A stretch of DNA of 64,000 bases from Eledone cirrhosa (GCA_964016885.1 OZ024741.1:79856001-79920000), one strand, 5' to 3'; shown: positions 1 through 17,895, counted from the stretch's first letter. Notes: generated from the letters alone by a model not told the origin. Numbers and translations: made by a program.

Positions 1-20
1 ATAAATATAGTTTCCATTTA

Positions 21-90
<70 letters not shown>

Positions 91-331
91 TTGGTAGGAG
101 GTAAGTTTTATTGTAGCACAATAAAACAATGCAAATATCGGATAAGTAGCACTCAACAGTTTATAGGACTGGAGTATAAATAATATATACAACGCTCTCT
201 CTTTTGCATTTAAATATTCTGACATCACCATAGATGAACTATACATCATTCTCACCGCAAATAAAACGATCCTGGAATTCAACAACCAATATTGGACTAG
301 AGCTGAGACTTCCAACAATTTTGATATCACA

Positions 332-1740
332 ATGGGTTCGTCGGATTCAGCGCAATTGACGGACTTGATTGGAATCTTTATTTTGAATTCTTTAAATCGG
401 AAAATTCCTCAACTTCGCGGTGGAATTTATCGTGACGATGCCCTTTTTACTGTCTTAAACTGTAACTTAGTTAACCTTAATATTATTAAGAACAATATAC
501 TTAATCTATTTAAGCACCATAACCTAAAAATTGAATTCGAAAACAACGTCAAACTAGCTAACTTCCTGAATGTATCCCTTAATCTTGACACCGGCCTATA
601 TTACCCTTACCATAAAGACACTGTTAATTTTAAATCTAACCACCCTATTAACGTTAAAAATGCTATATTCAGTAATGTTGAAAAAAGAATCTCAAATCTA
701 TCTTCTAATAAAGTTATCTTTGACGCTAAAGCCAATTATTACAATAATGCGCTTTCCAGAGCCGGTTATCCTGACAAAATAAAATACAGTAAAGAAACCA
801 ATCAGCGAGGCACTTATAGTAATATAGTTAGTTATAAGCATTCCAATAACATAAAGAAAAGACCTAGATATAAAAATATGATTTGGTACAACGCTCCTTT
901 TTCTCTATCTATTATTAGTAATATTCCTAAACTATTTTTAGGGCCTTAGATAAATGCTCCCCTCCCTCGCATATTTATAGTAAGATCTTTAATAAACATA
1001 CAATTAAATTCTCTTATTCCACCACTTCCAACATCTCTAACATTATCTCAAAGCATAATAATAAAATATTAAGTAATAAATTATATCCATCCAACACTGA
1101 GCGTCATAATAATAGCAACGTCAATGTTAACTCTAGGCTAGATTCCGTAAATTTAAATACGACGTCAAACGTAACTTTGTCGAATGTTCATAACACCAAT
1201 CTAAATCAGGAAACTTTAGCACCTATCGTAAATAACTTCTCCAATTCAATTCTTTCTATAAATAATACTGGGTCACTTGCTATTAATTCTGGTCATTTCT
1301 CTAATCGTAATTGCAATTGCCCTGTTAGAACTAAATGTCCTCTTAGTAACCAATGTCTTGATACAAATTTAGTGTATGAATGTAAGGTTATAACTGGTAT
1401 TATTCTTTTACCTATTTTGGTTCCACTTCCACTTCCTTTAAAGCAAGATTTTATAATCACAATTCTTCTTTTAAATACCAACTTAAAAGAATTAACACGG
1501 CACTCTCAGAACTCATATGGTCCTTAAAGGACAAAAATATTAACTACAACATTTCTTGGAGGAAGGTTTGCAACCCCTCTCCTTACCTTAATTCTTCCCT
1601 ATCCAGAACATGTAATCTCTGCCTAGCGGAGAAATTTACCATTATCTCTAATTTTAATTCTATAATAAATAGACGTAAGGATTTATTTTCGCTCTGCTTG
1701 CATAAATCCTATAGAACTTTCTATAAAATATACAGCTAAT
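332..1740 (+). pseudogene. PLE RT-GIY-YIG polyprotein remnant with frameshifts and stops; CxCx5Cx5C linker resembles the Hydra-type PLE clade
   Basis: YRDD catalytic motif, IWYNAPFS, Cys-rich linker; reading frame broken near 949 and near 1400. Confidence 0.82.
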
Positions 1741-2111
1741 ATCTTACTACCTAATTAGTTTAAAATCTTCTTTTCTCAAACGCTTTTATATTTTTTTACA
1801 AATATACCCATCTTTCTACCTTATTTCAGTATATTATACAATATTACTCATACTATGTCGTTAGCGGTCCGCTTAATTTACCATTATCTCTAATTTTAAT
1901 TCTATAATAAATAGACGTACTGATTTATTTTCTCTCTGCTTGCATAAATCCCATAGAACTTTCCATAAAGTATACAGCTAACATCTTACTACCTAATTTG
2001 TTTAAAATTTTCTTTTCTCAAACGCTTTTATATTTTTTACAAATATACCCATCTTTCTACCTTATTTCAGTATATTATACAATATTACTCATACTATGTC
2101 GTTAGCGGTCC
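1633..2111. repeat. Tandem duplication of ~241 bp at the end of the PLE coding region
   Basis: aatttaccattatc...gttagcggtcc at 1633-1870 and again at 1876-2111. Confidence 0.9.
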
Positions 2112-2977
2112 CCTATTTTTCTTCTTTTTATTCTTTCTTAATTTCTAATCTTTAATCTGCAACTTTTAGTTCTCAATTACTTCTTAACTCATATTATAAC
2201 TCACTATAGCGTTTTCCTTATATTCTCGACCATACAAATTTTTATTTTTAATATATACTAATATTACCATTTGTGAAATTTTGTAAAGATATATTTTTTT
2301 GACGTTGTATATATTTTCTTCCTTGAATTTCTTCTTTCTTCTCTCCTTCCGTGCTCGTAGTATACATATTATTTACTTTTTCCTATTACAATATATAGAA
2401 ACAAACTTGGACACTAATTAATTTCCTCGAAGTTCATAATTCATTTAACCTTATCTTCATTCACCTTATCTTCTTAATATATTTTATTTTAATAATACAT
2501 TTTAATAAATTCCTTTTCGCACATATTATTAAAGCCTTCAATATATAAACCTTAAATAAATAGTATTCTTAATTCCTTTTTCTTTAATCATAAGCATTAC
2601 CATTCATAAACCTCATTAACTTTTAATTTCTTAATTTTTTTAAATTATGTATTATCTCACAACGGTTTTTTTTATTTCTCTCTGAGAGACAGTGTTTCTC
2701 AGTATTAAAGGTTATCTCTCTCTCACTCATTTTCTCCTCCTCTTTCATCCTTCCTTCTTATACTCCTCCTCCGTCATCCTTTCCTTATTATTATGTTTTT
2801 TTTCTTATTATATTCTTTCCTCCTCTTCCTTACCTTTTCCTCCCCCCCCCCCTTCCTTTCCTTTTTTTCCCAATCTAATATATCCATCTTATTTTATTTT
2901 ACATATGTTGATTTAACACTTAACTGCTCGCAAGTGTTTTTTAAGTTTCATATCATGTCTCATTATTTTATCTGATG

Positions 2978-3161
2978 GTCGGTGGATTGGCAGTATCGGT
3001 AGAGGGTCGGACGCCATGCTTTCCAGCATAGTTCCGTCCCTTTACGATCTGAGTTCAAATCCCGCCGAGGTTGACTTTGCCTTTCATCCTTACGGGGTCG
3101 ATAAAATAAAGTACCAGTAATACACTGGGTAATTGCTGGCCTTGTGCCTAAAGTAGAAACA
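2978..3161 (+). mobile_element. tRNA-derived SINE of cephalopod type with 16-bp TSD
   Basis: A box tggcagtatcgg, B box gagttcaaatcc, body gcctttcatccttacggggtcgataaaataaagtaccag. TSD attattttatctgatg at 2962-2977 and 3162-3177. Confidence 0.9.
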
Positions 3162-3163
3162 AT

Positions 3164-3234
3164 TATTTTATCTGATGAGAACGCAAAAAACGTCCCATGA
3201 TGATATTTGTTTTTGAAATGCGCATAATAAAATA
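3164..3234 (+). ncRNA. Type I minimal hammerhead ribozyme at PLE 3' end
   Basis: tattttat-CTGATGA-stem II-GAAA-tgcgca-TA-ataaaata; palindromic stem III. Confidence 0.75.
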
Positions 3235-3280
3235 CATGGAACTCTTTTAACTATCTTTTGATTTTATATTATATATATAT

Positions 3281-3687
3281 ATTGGTAAACGGAATAGAAA
3301 ATGCTGACAAATTGTTCACAGTTGAAAAATGGTTTAATTAGGAATAAAAGAGTATTAGTGATTGTATGGGTTAGTATTCAGTTGTGGTTTTAAGTTTTTA
3401 AGTTTTTACCGGTTGCGCATTTCTAAATGCTTTTCAAAAATAATTTTGGGATAGAGTGTCCGTGCTGTTTGCTCTGATCTGATTAGTTTTGGGAATTCTA
3501 CCTGTTTTTATGTTAAAAAAGTGGCTCCAGCGTTACTTTGGTGTTGCAAAATTTCTTGTGGTCAAAACAATTTTGCTTGGTCGGTAGAGGTCATGTGAGA
3601 GTAAAAAATTGATTTTGCGCCAAGACTGTTTTTATGTTAAAAAAGTGGCTCCAGCAACAATTCTTGTGGTCAAAACAATTTTGATTG
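3281..3687 (-). repeat. Dispersed non-coding repeat (second copy 41233-41540) with a decayed U3-A8 HHR at 3403-3441
   Basis: Near-identical ~250 bp at 41233-41480. Minus strand reads TTGAAAA gcattt-ag-aaatgc GCAA ccgg TA. Confidence 0.7.
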
Positions 3688-3718
<31 letters not shown>

Positions 3719-3882
3719 CATAGGTGCTCTGAAATAGCGATGTATATATGAATGTACGTATCGTATAATGTACGTATCGAATAATATATTGTATGTTAAT
3801 TTAAAAACATTTTGAAGACCATTCGCTATGAATTTTGAAGTACTGACTACGTCATACTTAGTTATCTTTCTCTCTCGATACA

Positions 3883-3917
<35 letters not shown>

Positions 3918-3941
3918 GTTCAACTATCTGGCAGATGGGTA

Positions 3942-3986
3942 AACGGTGCTGATGATAGCTAACAAGCTTGAAACTAGTACATCGTT
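3942..3986 (+). ncRNA. Type I minimal hammerhead ribozyme
   Basis: aacggtg-CTGATGA-tagctaacaagctt-GAAA-ctag-TA-catcgtt. Confidence 0.88.
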
Positions 3987-4415
3987 CCTGTGTCAGTGTT
4001 GAACAAAAAGGTGACGTGGTTGCCTTAACACCGTATGGCATAAATTCAGGCTGTTCAGTTTGTTTACAAACGAACAAAGCGACGTTATAATAAGCGCCGC
4101 TAAACTGATACGTGCATATATGTATGTGTACCTGTATGCATATGTATGTATATATGTATATATATATATATATATGTGCATGCTACTGTACGTCTGTATA
4201 CATATATGTATGTACGTATACATGCATACTTACATTTAAGTAAGTGCCATACAAAGAGTGAGAAATGAAATTTCGTTTTCATTTTGTTTCAATTTATCGT
4301 TTTCGGTATGCCTGACCGATTTAACTCACTCAATATGCAAATTAGGCTGCTCAGCCGTTAATTTTCATAAGGAAAGTATATACTTTCGAACGTTCAACTA
4401 TCAGGCAGATGGGTA

Positions 4416-4460
4416 AACGGTGCTGATGATAGCTAACAAGCTTGAAACTAGTACATCGTT
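4416..4460 (+). ncRNA. Type I minimal hammerhead ribozyme, second copy
   Basis: Identical to 3942-3986, 474 bp downstream. Confidence 0.88.
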
Positions 4461-4854
4461 CCTGTGTCAGTGTTGAACAAAAAGGTGACGTGGTTGCCTT
4501 AACACCGTATGGCATAAATTCAGGCTGTTCAGTTTGTTTACAAACGAACAAAGCGACGTTATAATAAGCGCCGCTAAACTGATACGTGCATATATGTATG
4601 TGTACCTGTATGCATATGTATGTATATATGTATATATATATATATATGTGCATGCTACTGTACGTCTGTATACATATATGTATGTACGTATACATGCATA
4701 CTTACATTTAAGTAAGTGCCATACTAAGAGTGAGAAATGAAATTTCGTTTTCATTTTGTTTCAATTTATGTATATATATATATATATATATAATATATAT
4801 TATATATGTATATATATATATAATATATATTATATACGTATATATATATATACG

Positions 4855-4904
<50 letters not shown>

Positions 4905-4933
4905 GTATATAATATATATATATATACATATAT

Positions 4934-5892
4934 AACTAGACATGAAAAATGCGCAAGCTCAAAAGTGCCACAGAATGTTATAATAAACCTTCAAAAGTGT
5001 GGGACTAGAGTTGTTGCTAAAAAATATTGTAATCATTATATATCGTACATTCTGTGGCATCCTTTATAAAAATAGCTTAAACCAACGAAGCCTTTATTTT
5101 TACGCTATTTCACTTAGTTAATTCTTAGAGTGTAACATATAAAAATATGATTTACAACTATAAAATAAATTAATTAATATAATAACAGAGCTGCGGAGCT
5201 GAAATTTAGGAAATAATGGAGTATCGGATCCTGAGTTGGAGCCAGTCAATTTTTGGCCGACTCCGCAGCCCTGTATAATACATTTCATATTAAAGTTATT
5301 AATAAACCTATTTTACACTTCATGCAAATTACCACGAGATATTGATATTAGATATAAGATACAGCGCAATATCTACAGCTGTAAAAGTACGAAAGCGAAG
5401 TAATAATAAGTGGCTTAAGGTAATTCCAATATGAAAGTTTGTAGTGATAAAAATTTGATAATGCAATACGATTGTTAATATTATAGTTCTATGAAAATGT
5501 AACAATAGATAACTAAATTATTTTACTATTAGTATATTTAAGAAATTATCATTATAGATTTGATCGTTCATATAAGCATCATATTAAGTTTCAACACAAT
5601 TATTTTGTTACTATGAGTATATGATAATAATATTACGTAATTATTTATAGCTGTTATTACATTAAACATAGATGTATTTATTTTTATATGTTACACTCTA
5701 AGAATTAACTAAGTGAAATAGCGTAAAAATAAAGGCTTCGTTGGTTTAAGCTATTTTTATAAAGGATGCCACAGAATGTACGATATATAATGATTACAAT
5801 ATTTTTTAGCAACAACTCTAGTCCCACACTTTTGAAGGTTTATTATAACATTCTGTGGCACTTTTGAGCTTGCGCATTTTTCATGTCTAGTT
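4934..5892. repeat. Foldback with ~214-bp near-perfect inverted arms (4934-5147 / 5679-5892)
   Basis: aactagacatgaaaaatgcgc... is the reverse complement of ...gcgcatttttcatgtctagtt. Confidence 0.88.
5186..5273. mobile_element. 88-bp hAT-like MITE
   Basis: TIRs cagagctgcggag / ctccgcagccctg; 8-bp TSD tataataa / tataatac. Confidence 0.65.
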
Positions 5893-6479
5893 TAATATTT
5901 TTTTAAGGCAACGCTTGTAATAACTCTAGTTAAACAGGATATATATTAATAATAAATTATCGTTGTAATGTAATTAGATTATGTAATTGTTATTATAAAT
6001 TATCTTATAAATATTAGTGTAAGATGTATAAAAATATTTTCAGACTTTTAATATAAACAACTACAAAAAACAATCAATATTAAATCAATATATTATACAT
6101 AATAGAAAACATAAAATATACAATACAAAAACAAAATATTTACATACAATTGCAATTATCAGTGTATATACATTTTCTTTATATTCCCTGAGCAAATTAA
6201 TAAGATTTGTTTTTATTGTACATAATTTGATGACTTGTTGGAGTGTATTAAAAGATAGCAACAATTTGTGATTAAATTGTTATCTTAAGCAACTCACTTT
6301 TTAATAGTTGTTGGCTGAGCGAAATTGTAAAAGCCTATGAGCAAATATAAAAAAAAATACACAAACAACATTTCCTTGTGTTATTACAACATTAGATAAA
6401 ATAATTGAGCAATGTCGTTATATTTTGCTCTTATTGCACATTAATAGTGTTTCTATTTTTCGGCACAAATCCATTACGG

Positions 6480-6615
6480 CAGTCCATTACTGGTACTTTA
6501 TTTTATCGAATTAGTAAGTATGAAAGTCGAAGTTAACCTCGGCAGGATTTGAACTTAGAATGCAAAGGACCATAACAATACTGCAAAGCATGGTGTCTGA
6601 CGCTCTACCAATACT
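6480..6615 (-). mobile_element. Diverged partial SINE copy
   Basis: tactggtactttattttatcga...gttaacctcggcaggatttgaac...ctctaccaatac. Confidence 0.75.
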
Positions 6616-7005
6616 TGTGTTGAGCTGGTCATTAATTTATGGTGGTCGTGCGTGGAGTAGAGCAATCGCTAGTTGAAATATTATGAACAAAACATTTTTA
6701 TTTGCCGAAGAACATATTTTCAATACTGTTTGTGAATGTGACGAAGGAAATACATTCTGATATGGAACAGTGTACAAAGTGTGTCTGTGAATAACATAAT
6801 GTTACCTCATGTTGTTGTCAAGACATAATGGATTTCGTATATCCAGTTAGAAGATGAAACCTAGCCATCTCGGATTAGTTATATTTCATGCCATGTGTAA
6901 ACGTGTTTGAGGATAGCAAAATATGCGCGTTAATTATAATAATTAGTTAATAATATTACAAAATATACCTAATTAAACTCTTTGCTTGAAATTTTATCAT
7001 TCTTC

Positions 7006-7078
<73 letters not shown>

Positions 7079-7442
7079 GAGATTTATCTAGTCCTTCGCT
7101 CAAGATTAATCTATAAGTTTAGATGTTTGCCTTCGTTTAAGTAAATATTACAGTAAGATTTTTAATATAAACAACTACAAAAAACAATTAATATTAAAAC
7201 GAAAAAATTATCAATGATAAAAGAAGCGGATGCAACTTTTTTTTTTATAAAGTTATATTCCTGTTTCTTTAAAGAACATTTCATTTTTGTTCTATTGTAG
7301 GCGAAATAATGCAATGGTTTAATAGGGAAGATATAACTTACGAATTATGTCTCTAACCGTGTAACGCTTTTTAAGTAGATAACTACAATTGAAAATACTA
7401 AAGAAATGGAACCAACAATTCAATTTGAAAGTCGTCTAGTGA

Positions 7443-7495
7443 CAGTGTATTACTGGTACTTTATTTTATCGACCCCCGTAACGATGAAAGGCAAA
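7443..7495 (-). mobile_element. SINE fragment
   Basis: cagtgtattactggtactttattttatcgacccccgtaacgatgaaaggcaaa. Confidence 0.7.
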
Positions 7496-8576
7496 AATGC
7501 AAATGCTTAAAATTTAAATTGCCTTAATTCTATCGTCTGCTGTTTCATTAAAGGGAGATTCTCGTCTGTATTTAATTCTATCGGCTACTGTTCCACTAAA
7601 CAGATATACCTCCACTATCGTCTCTATTTATACATTTTAACTTATAACTTATACACATTTGATTTGAAATATTTTATCTAGTCCCCCCTCTCAATATTAT
7701 GATGATTTCTTTCGAATGAAACAGTTCTAGTCCTGTAGAAGCCATTTATATATATAATTGAACTGAGTTAAAAATTCACAATATTTATAATTAAATAAGC
7801 TCATATATATATGTGTGTATTTATCTGTTTATTGTATTATATATAATGTGTGTATATACAGGATGTCCCCCAAAAATATATACACACTTCAACAGCATTC
7901 TAATAACTATTGCCTGTACAGGTAATCAAAGTGTCAATCGAATGTTAGTTTCGTGTTTTAACAGTACAAATTTACAATACACACATAAAACCAGTGTATA
8001 TACATACATGAGTGTGTATACACATACATGAATGTGTATATACAATATATATGTATATATATATAGACACATATATTCACGGTGCAACGGTACATTAAAA
8101 TATAGATGCGGGAGAGGGGGGTGTATATATAGGGGCGCTGGGGATAAAGGAGTGTAAAGCGTGTGTAATTGATATATTGAAGGAGAGGAGCGTGCAGCGA
8201 TAAAGTAACAAATATATAGAGAGGGGGAGAGATGGTATTGAAGGGGAGGAGTGCAAAGCGAAAGAGTAAGAGATATATATAGAGATGGAACAGATAGAGA
8301 GAAACAGGCGTAAGTAACAGTGGAAGAGATATAGAGAGAGGTACTCTGATTGGTTGAAAATTAGCCAATGACATACGATCACCACCACCACGGCTATCCC
8401 CGAAAAATTTTTAAAGAAGCTAGGCATATATGTTAGAACACGAAAAGTGAACATTCTGTTGTTTCACACTTTTCGTGTTCTAACAGATATATATATATAT
8501 ATATACATATATAATATATATATATATATATATACATATATAATATATATATATATATATATACATACATAATATA

Positions 8577-13283
<4,707 letters not shown>

Positions 13284-16200
13284 CCTGACGATTTCTAATA
13301 AGAATGAAACGCGTAGATTTACTTCCCTTGCTTTTATCGAGAATCTAATTGTAATACGTGACGTATTCTATTCTATAGCGATTAGGTCTTCAAAATGTTT
13401 ATTATAAACATACAGAATATTTTCGAATATTCTATGTCTATATTCACATATATATCGCTATTTCAGAGCATTTATTCCAATTTCTAATTTCTGCCGGACC
13501 GGCAACCGCTCTTTCAAACCAGTTCCTGTACACAGCTAAGTATTCTATAAGTCTCTAGCTGTGTCATTCTCGATGAAAGCACTGGATATGTAGTCCTGAC
13601 GATTTCTAATAAGAATGAAACGCGTAGATTTACTTCCCTTGCTTTTATCGAGAATCTAATTGTAATACGTGACGTATTCTATTCTATAGCGATTAGGTCT
13701 TCAAAATGTTTATTATAAACATACAGAATATTTTCGAATATTCTATGTCTATATTCACATATATATCGCTATTTCAGAGCATTTATTCCAATTTCTAATT
13801 TCTGCCGGACCGGCAACCGCTCTTTCAAACCAGTTCCTGTACACAGCTAAGTATTCTATAAGTCTCTAGCTGTGTCATTCTCGATGAAAGCACTGGATAT
13901 GTAGTCCTGACGATTTCTAATAAGAATGAAACGCGTAGATTTACTTCCCTTGCTTTTATCGAGAATCTAATTGTAATACGTGACGTATTCTATTCTATAG
14001 CGATTAGGTCTTCAAAATGTTTATTATAAACATACAGAATATTTTCGAATATTCTATGTCTATATTCACATATATATCGCTATTTCAGAGCATTTATTCC
14101 AATTTCTAATTTCTGCCGGACCGGCAACCGCTCTTTCAAACCAGTTCCTGTACACAGCTAAGTATTCTATAAGTCTCTAGCTGTGTCATTCTCGATGAAA
14201 GCACTGGATATGTAGTCCTGACGATTTCTAATAAGAATGAAACGCGTAGATTTACTTCCCTTGCTTTTATCGAGAATCTAATTGTAATACGTGACGTATT
14301 CTATTCTATAGCGATTAGGTCTTCAAAATGTTTATTATAAACATACAGAATATTTTCGAATATTCTATGTCTATATTCACATATATATCGCTATTTCAGA
14401 GCATTTATTCCAATTTCTAATTTCTGCCGGACCGGCAACCGCTCTTTCAAACCAGTTCCTGTACACAGCTAAGTATTCTATAAGTCTCTAGCTGTGTCAT
14501 TCTCGATGAAAGCACTGGATATGTAGTCCTGACGATTTCTAATAAGAATGAAACGCGTAGATTTACTTCCCTTGCTTTTATCGAGAATCTAATTGTAATA
14601 CGTGACGTATTCTATTCTATAGCGATTAGGTCTTCAAAATGTTTATTATAAACATACAGAATATTTTCGAATATTCTATGTCTATATTCACATATATATC
14701 GCTATTTCAGAGCATTTATTCCAATTTCTAATTTCTGCCGGACCGGCAACCGCTCTTTCAAACCAGTTCCTGTACACAGCTAAGTATTCTATAAGTCTCT
14801 AGCTGTGTCATTCTCGATGAAAGCACTGGATATGTAGTCCTGACGATTTCTAATAAGAATGAAACGCGTAGATTTACTTCCCTTGCTTTTATCGAGAATC
14901 TAATTGTAATACGTGACGTATTCTATTCTATAGCGATTAGGTCTTCAAAATGTTTATTATAAACATACAGAATATTTTCGAATATTCTATGTCTATATTC
15001 ACATATATATCGCTATTTCAGAGCATTTATTCCAATTTCTAATTTCTGCCGGACCGGCAACCGCTCTTTCAAACCAGTTCCTGTACACAGCTAAGTATTC
15101 TATAAGTCTCTAGCTGTGTCATTCTCGATGAAAGCACTGGATATGTAGTCCTGACGATTTCTAATAAGAATGAAACGCGTAGATTTACTTCCCTTGCTTT
15201 TATCGAGAATCTAATTGTAATACGTGACGTATTCTATTCTATAGCGATTAGGTCTTCAAAATGTTTATTATAAACATACAGAATATTTTCGAATATTCTA
15301 TGTCTATATTCACATATATATCGCTATTTCAGAGCATTTATTCCAATTTCTAATTTCTGCCGGACCGGCAACCGCTCTTTCAAACCAGTTCCTGTACACA
15401 GCTAAGTATTCTATAAGTCTCTAGCTGTGTCATTCTCGATGAAAGCACTGGATATGTAGTCCTGACGATTTCTAATAAGAATGAAACGCGTAGATTTACT
15501 TCCCTTGCTTTTATCGAGAATCTAATTGTAATACGTGACGTATTCTATTCTATAGCGATTAGGTCTTCAAAATGTTTATTATAAACATACAGAATATTTT
15601 CGAATATTCTATGTCTATATTCACATATATATCGCTATTTCAGAGCATTTATTCCAATTTCTAATTTCTGCCGGACCGGCAACCGCTCTTTCAAACCAGT
15701 TCCTGTACACAGCTAAGTATTCTATAAGTCTCTAGCTGTGTCATTCTCGATGAAAGCACTGGATATGTAGTCCTGACGATTTCTAATAAGAATGAAACGC
15801 GTAGATTTACTTCCCTTGCTTTTATCGAGAATCTAATTGTAATACGTGACGTATTCTATTCTATAGCGATTAGGTCTTCAAAATGTTTATTATAAACATA
15901 CAGAATATTTTCGAATATTCTATGTCTATATTCACATATATATCGCTATTTCAGAGCATTTATTCCAATTTCTAATTTCTGCCGGACCGGCAACCGCTCT
16001 TTCAAACCAGTTCCTGTACACAGCTAAGTATTCTATAAGTCTCTAGCTGTGTCATTCTCGATGAAAGCACTGGATATGTAGTCCTGACGATTTCTAATAA
16101 GAATGAAACGCGTAGATTTACTTCCCTTGCTTTTATCGAGAATCTAATTGTAATACGTGACGTATTCTATTCTATAGCGATTAGGTCTTCAAAATGTTTA

Positions 16201-17522
16201 TTATAAACATACAGAATATTTTCGAATATTCTATGTCTATATTCACATATATATCGCTATTTCAGAGCATTTATTCCAATTTCTAATTTCTGCCGGACCG
16301 GCAACCGCTCTTTCAAACCAGTTCCTGTACACAGCTAAGTATTCTATAAGTCTCTAGCTGTGTCATTCTCGATGAAAGCACTGGATATGTAGTCCTGACG
16401 ATTTCTAATAAGAATGAAACGCGTAGATTTACTTCCCTTGCTTTTATCGAGAATCTAATTGTAATACGTGACGTATTCTATTCTATAGCGATTAGGTCTT
16501 CAAAATGTTTATTATAAACATACAGAATATTTTCGAATATTCTATGTCTATATTCACATATATATCGCTATTTCAGAGCATTTATTCCAATTTCTAATTT
16601 CTGCCGGACCGGCAACCGCTCTTTCAAACCAGTTCCTGTACACAGCTAAGTATTCTATAAGTCTCTAGCTGTGTCATTCTCGATGAAAGCACTGGATATG
16701 TAGTCCTGACGATTTCTAATAAGAATGAAACGCGTAGATTTACTTCCCTTGCTTTTATCGAGAATCTAATTGTAATACGTGACGTATTCTATTCTATAGC
16801 GATTAGGTCTTCAAAATGTTTATTATAAACATACAGAATATTTTCGAATATTCTATGTCTATATTCACATATATATCGCTATTTCAGAGCATTTATTCCA
16901 ATTTCTAATTTCTGCCGGACCGGCAACCGCTCTTTCAAACCAGTTCCTGTACACAGCTAAGTATTCTATAAGTCTCTAGCTGTGTCATTCTCTATGAAAG
17001 CACTGGATATGTAGTCCTGACGATTTCTAATAAGAATGAAACGCGTAGATTTACTTCCCTTGCTTTTATCGAGAATCTAATTGTAATACGTGACGTATTC
17101 TATTCTATAGCGATTAGGTCTTCAAAATGTTTATTATAAACATACAGAATATCTTCGAATATTCTATGTCTATATTCACATATATATCGCTATTTCAGAG
17201 CATTTATTCCAATTTCTAATTTCTGCCGGACCGGCAACCGCTCTTTCAAACCAGTTCCTGTACACAGCTAAGTATTCTATAAGTCTCTAGCTGTGTCATT
17301 CTCGATGAAAGCACTGGATATGTAGTCCTGACGATTTCTAATAAGAATGAAACGCGTAGATTTACTTCCCTTGCTTTTATCGAGAATCTAATTGTAATAC
17401 GTGACGTATTCTATTCTATAGCGATTAGGTCTTCAAAATGTTTATTATAAACATACAGAATATTTTCGAATATTCTATGTCTATATTCACATATATATCG
17501 CTATTTCAGAGCATTTATTCCA

Positions 17523-17523
<1 letters not shown>
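13284..17523 (+). repeat. Right arm of 311-bp HHR array, ~13.6 units, 14 HHR cores on plus strand
   Basis: CTGACGA cores at 13285, 13596, 13907 ... 17328 with period 311. Confidence 0.95.
13590..13633 (+). ncRNA. Representative type I minimal hammerhead ribozyme of the 311-bp monomer
   Basis: gtagtc-CTGACGA-tttctaataagaat-GAAA-cgcg-TA-gatttac; palindromic stem III ACGCGT; predicted cleavage after GUA at 13626. Confidence 0.88.
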
Positions 17524-17553
<30 letters not shown>

Positions 17554-17635
17554 GTATATATTATATATATATATATTATATATATATATATATATTATAT
17601 ATATATATATATTATATATATATATATATTATATA

Positions 17636-17690
<55 letters not shown>

Positions 17691-17724
17691 GTATATATAT
17701 ATATATTATATATATATATAATAT

Positions 17725-17766
<42 letters not shown>

Positions 17767-17895
17767 GTATATATATATATATTATATATATATTATATAT
17801 ATATATATTATATATATATATATATATAAATATATATATATATAATATATATATATATACATATATAATATATATATATATATAATATATATATT

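Larger units (their letters stand above)
96..3270 (+). mobile_element. Decayed, 5'-truncated Penelope-like element: RT, GIY-YIG, long AT-rich 3' region ending in an HHR
   Basis: ORF 332-949 has MGSxDSA..DLIG, GGIYRDD and FLNVSLNL..YYPYHK RT motifs. 1177-1527 has CNCPVRTKCPLSNQCL..VYEC leading into a frameshifted GIY-YIG. HHR at 3164-3234. Confidence 0.88.
3916..4768 (+). mobile_element. Retrozyme-like tandem of a 474-bp unit (1.8 copies), one HHR per unit
   Basis: Direct repeat 3916-4297 / 4390-4768, flanked by (TA)n; no credible ORF. Confidence 0.82.

Noticed and set aside
6620-6900. Possible host exon in a less repetitive stretch
   Set aside because: Stops in the frames examined, no recognisable domain or convincing splice context
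7857-7960. Tc1/mariner-like TIR (tacaggatgtcccc)
   Set aside because: No matching opposite terminus or transposase found
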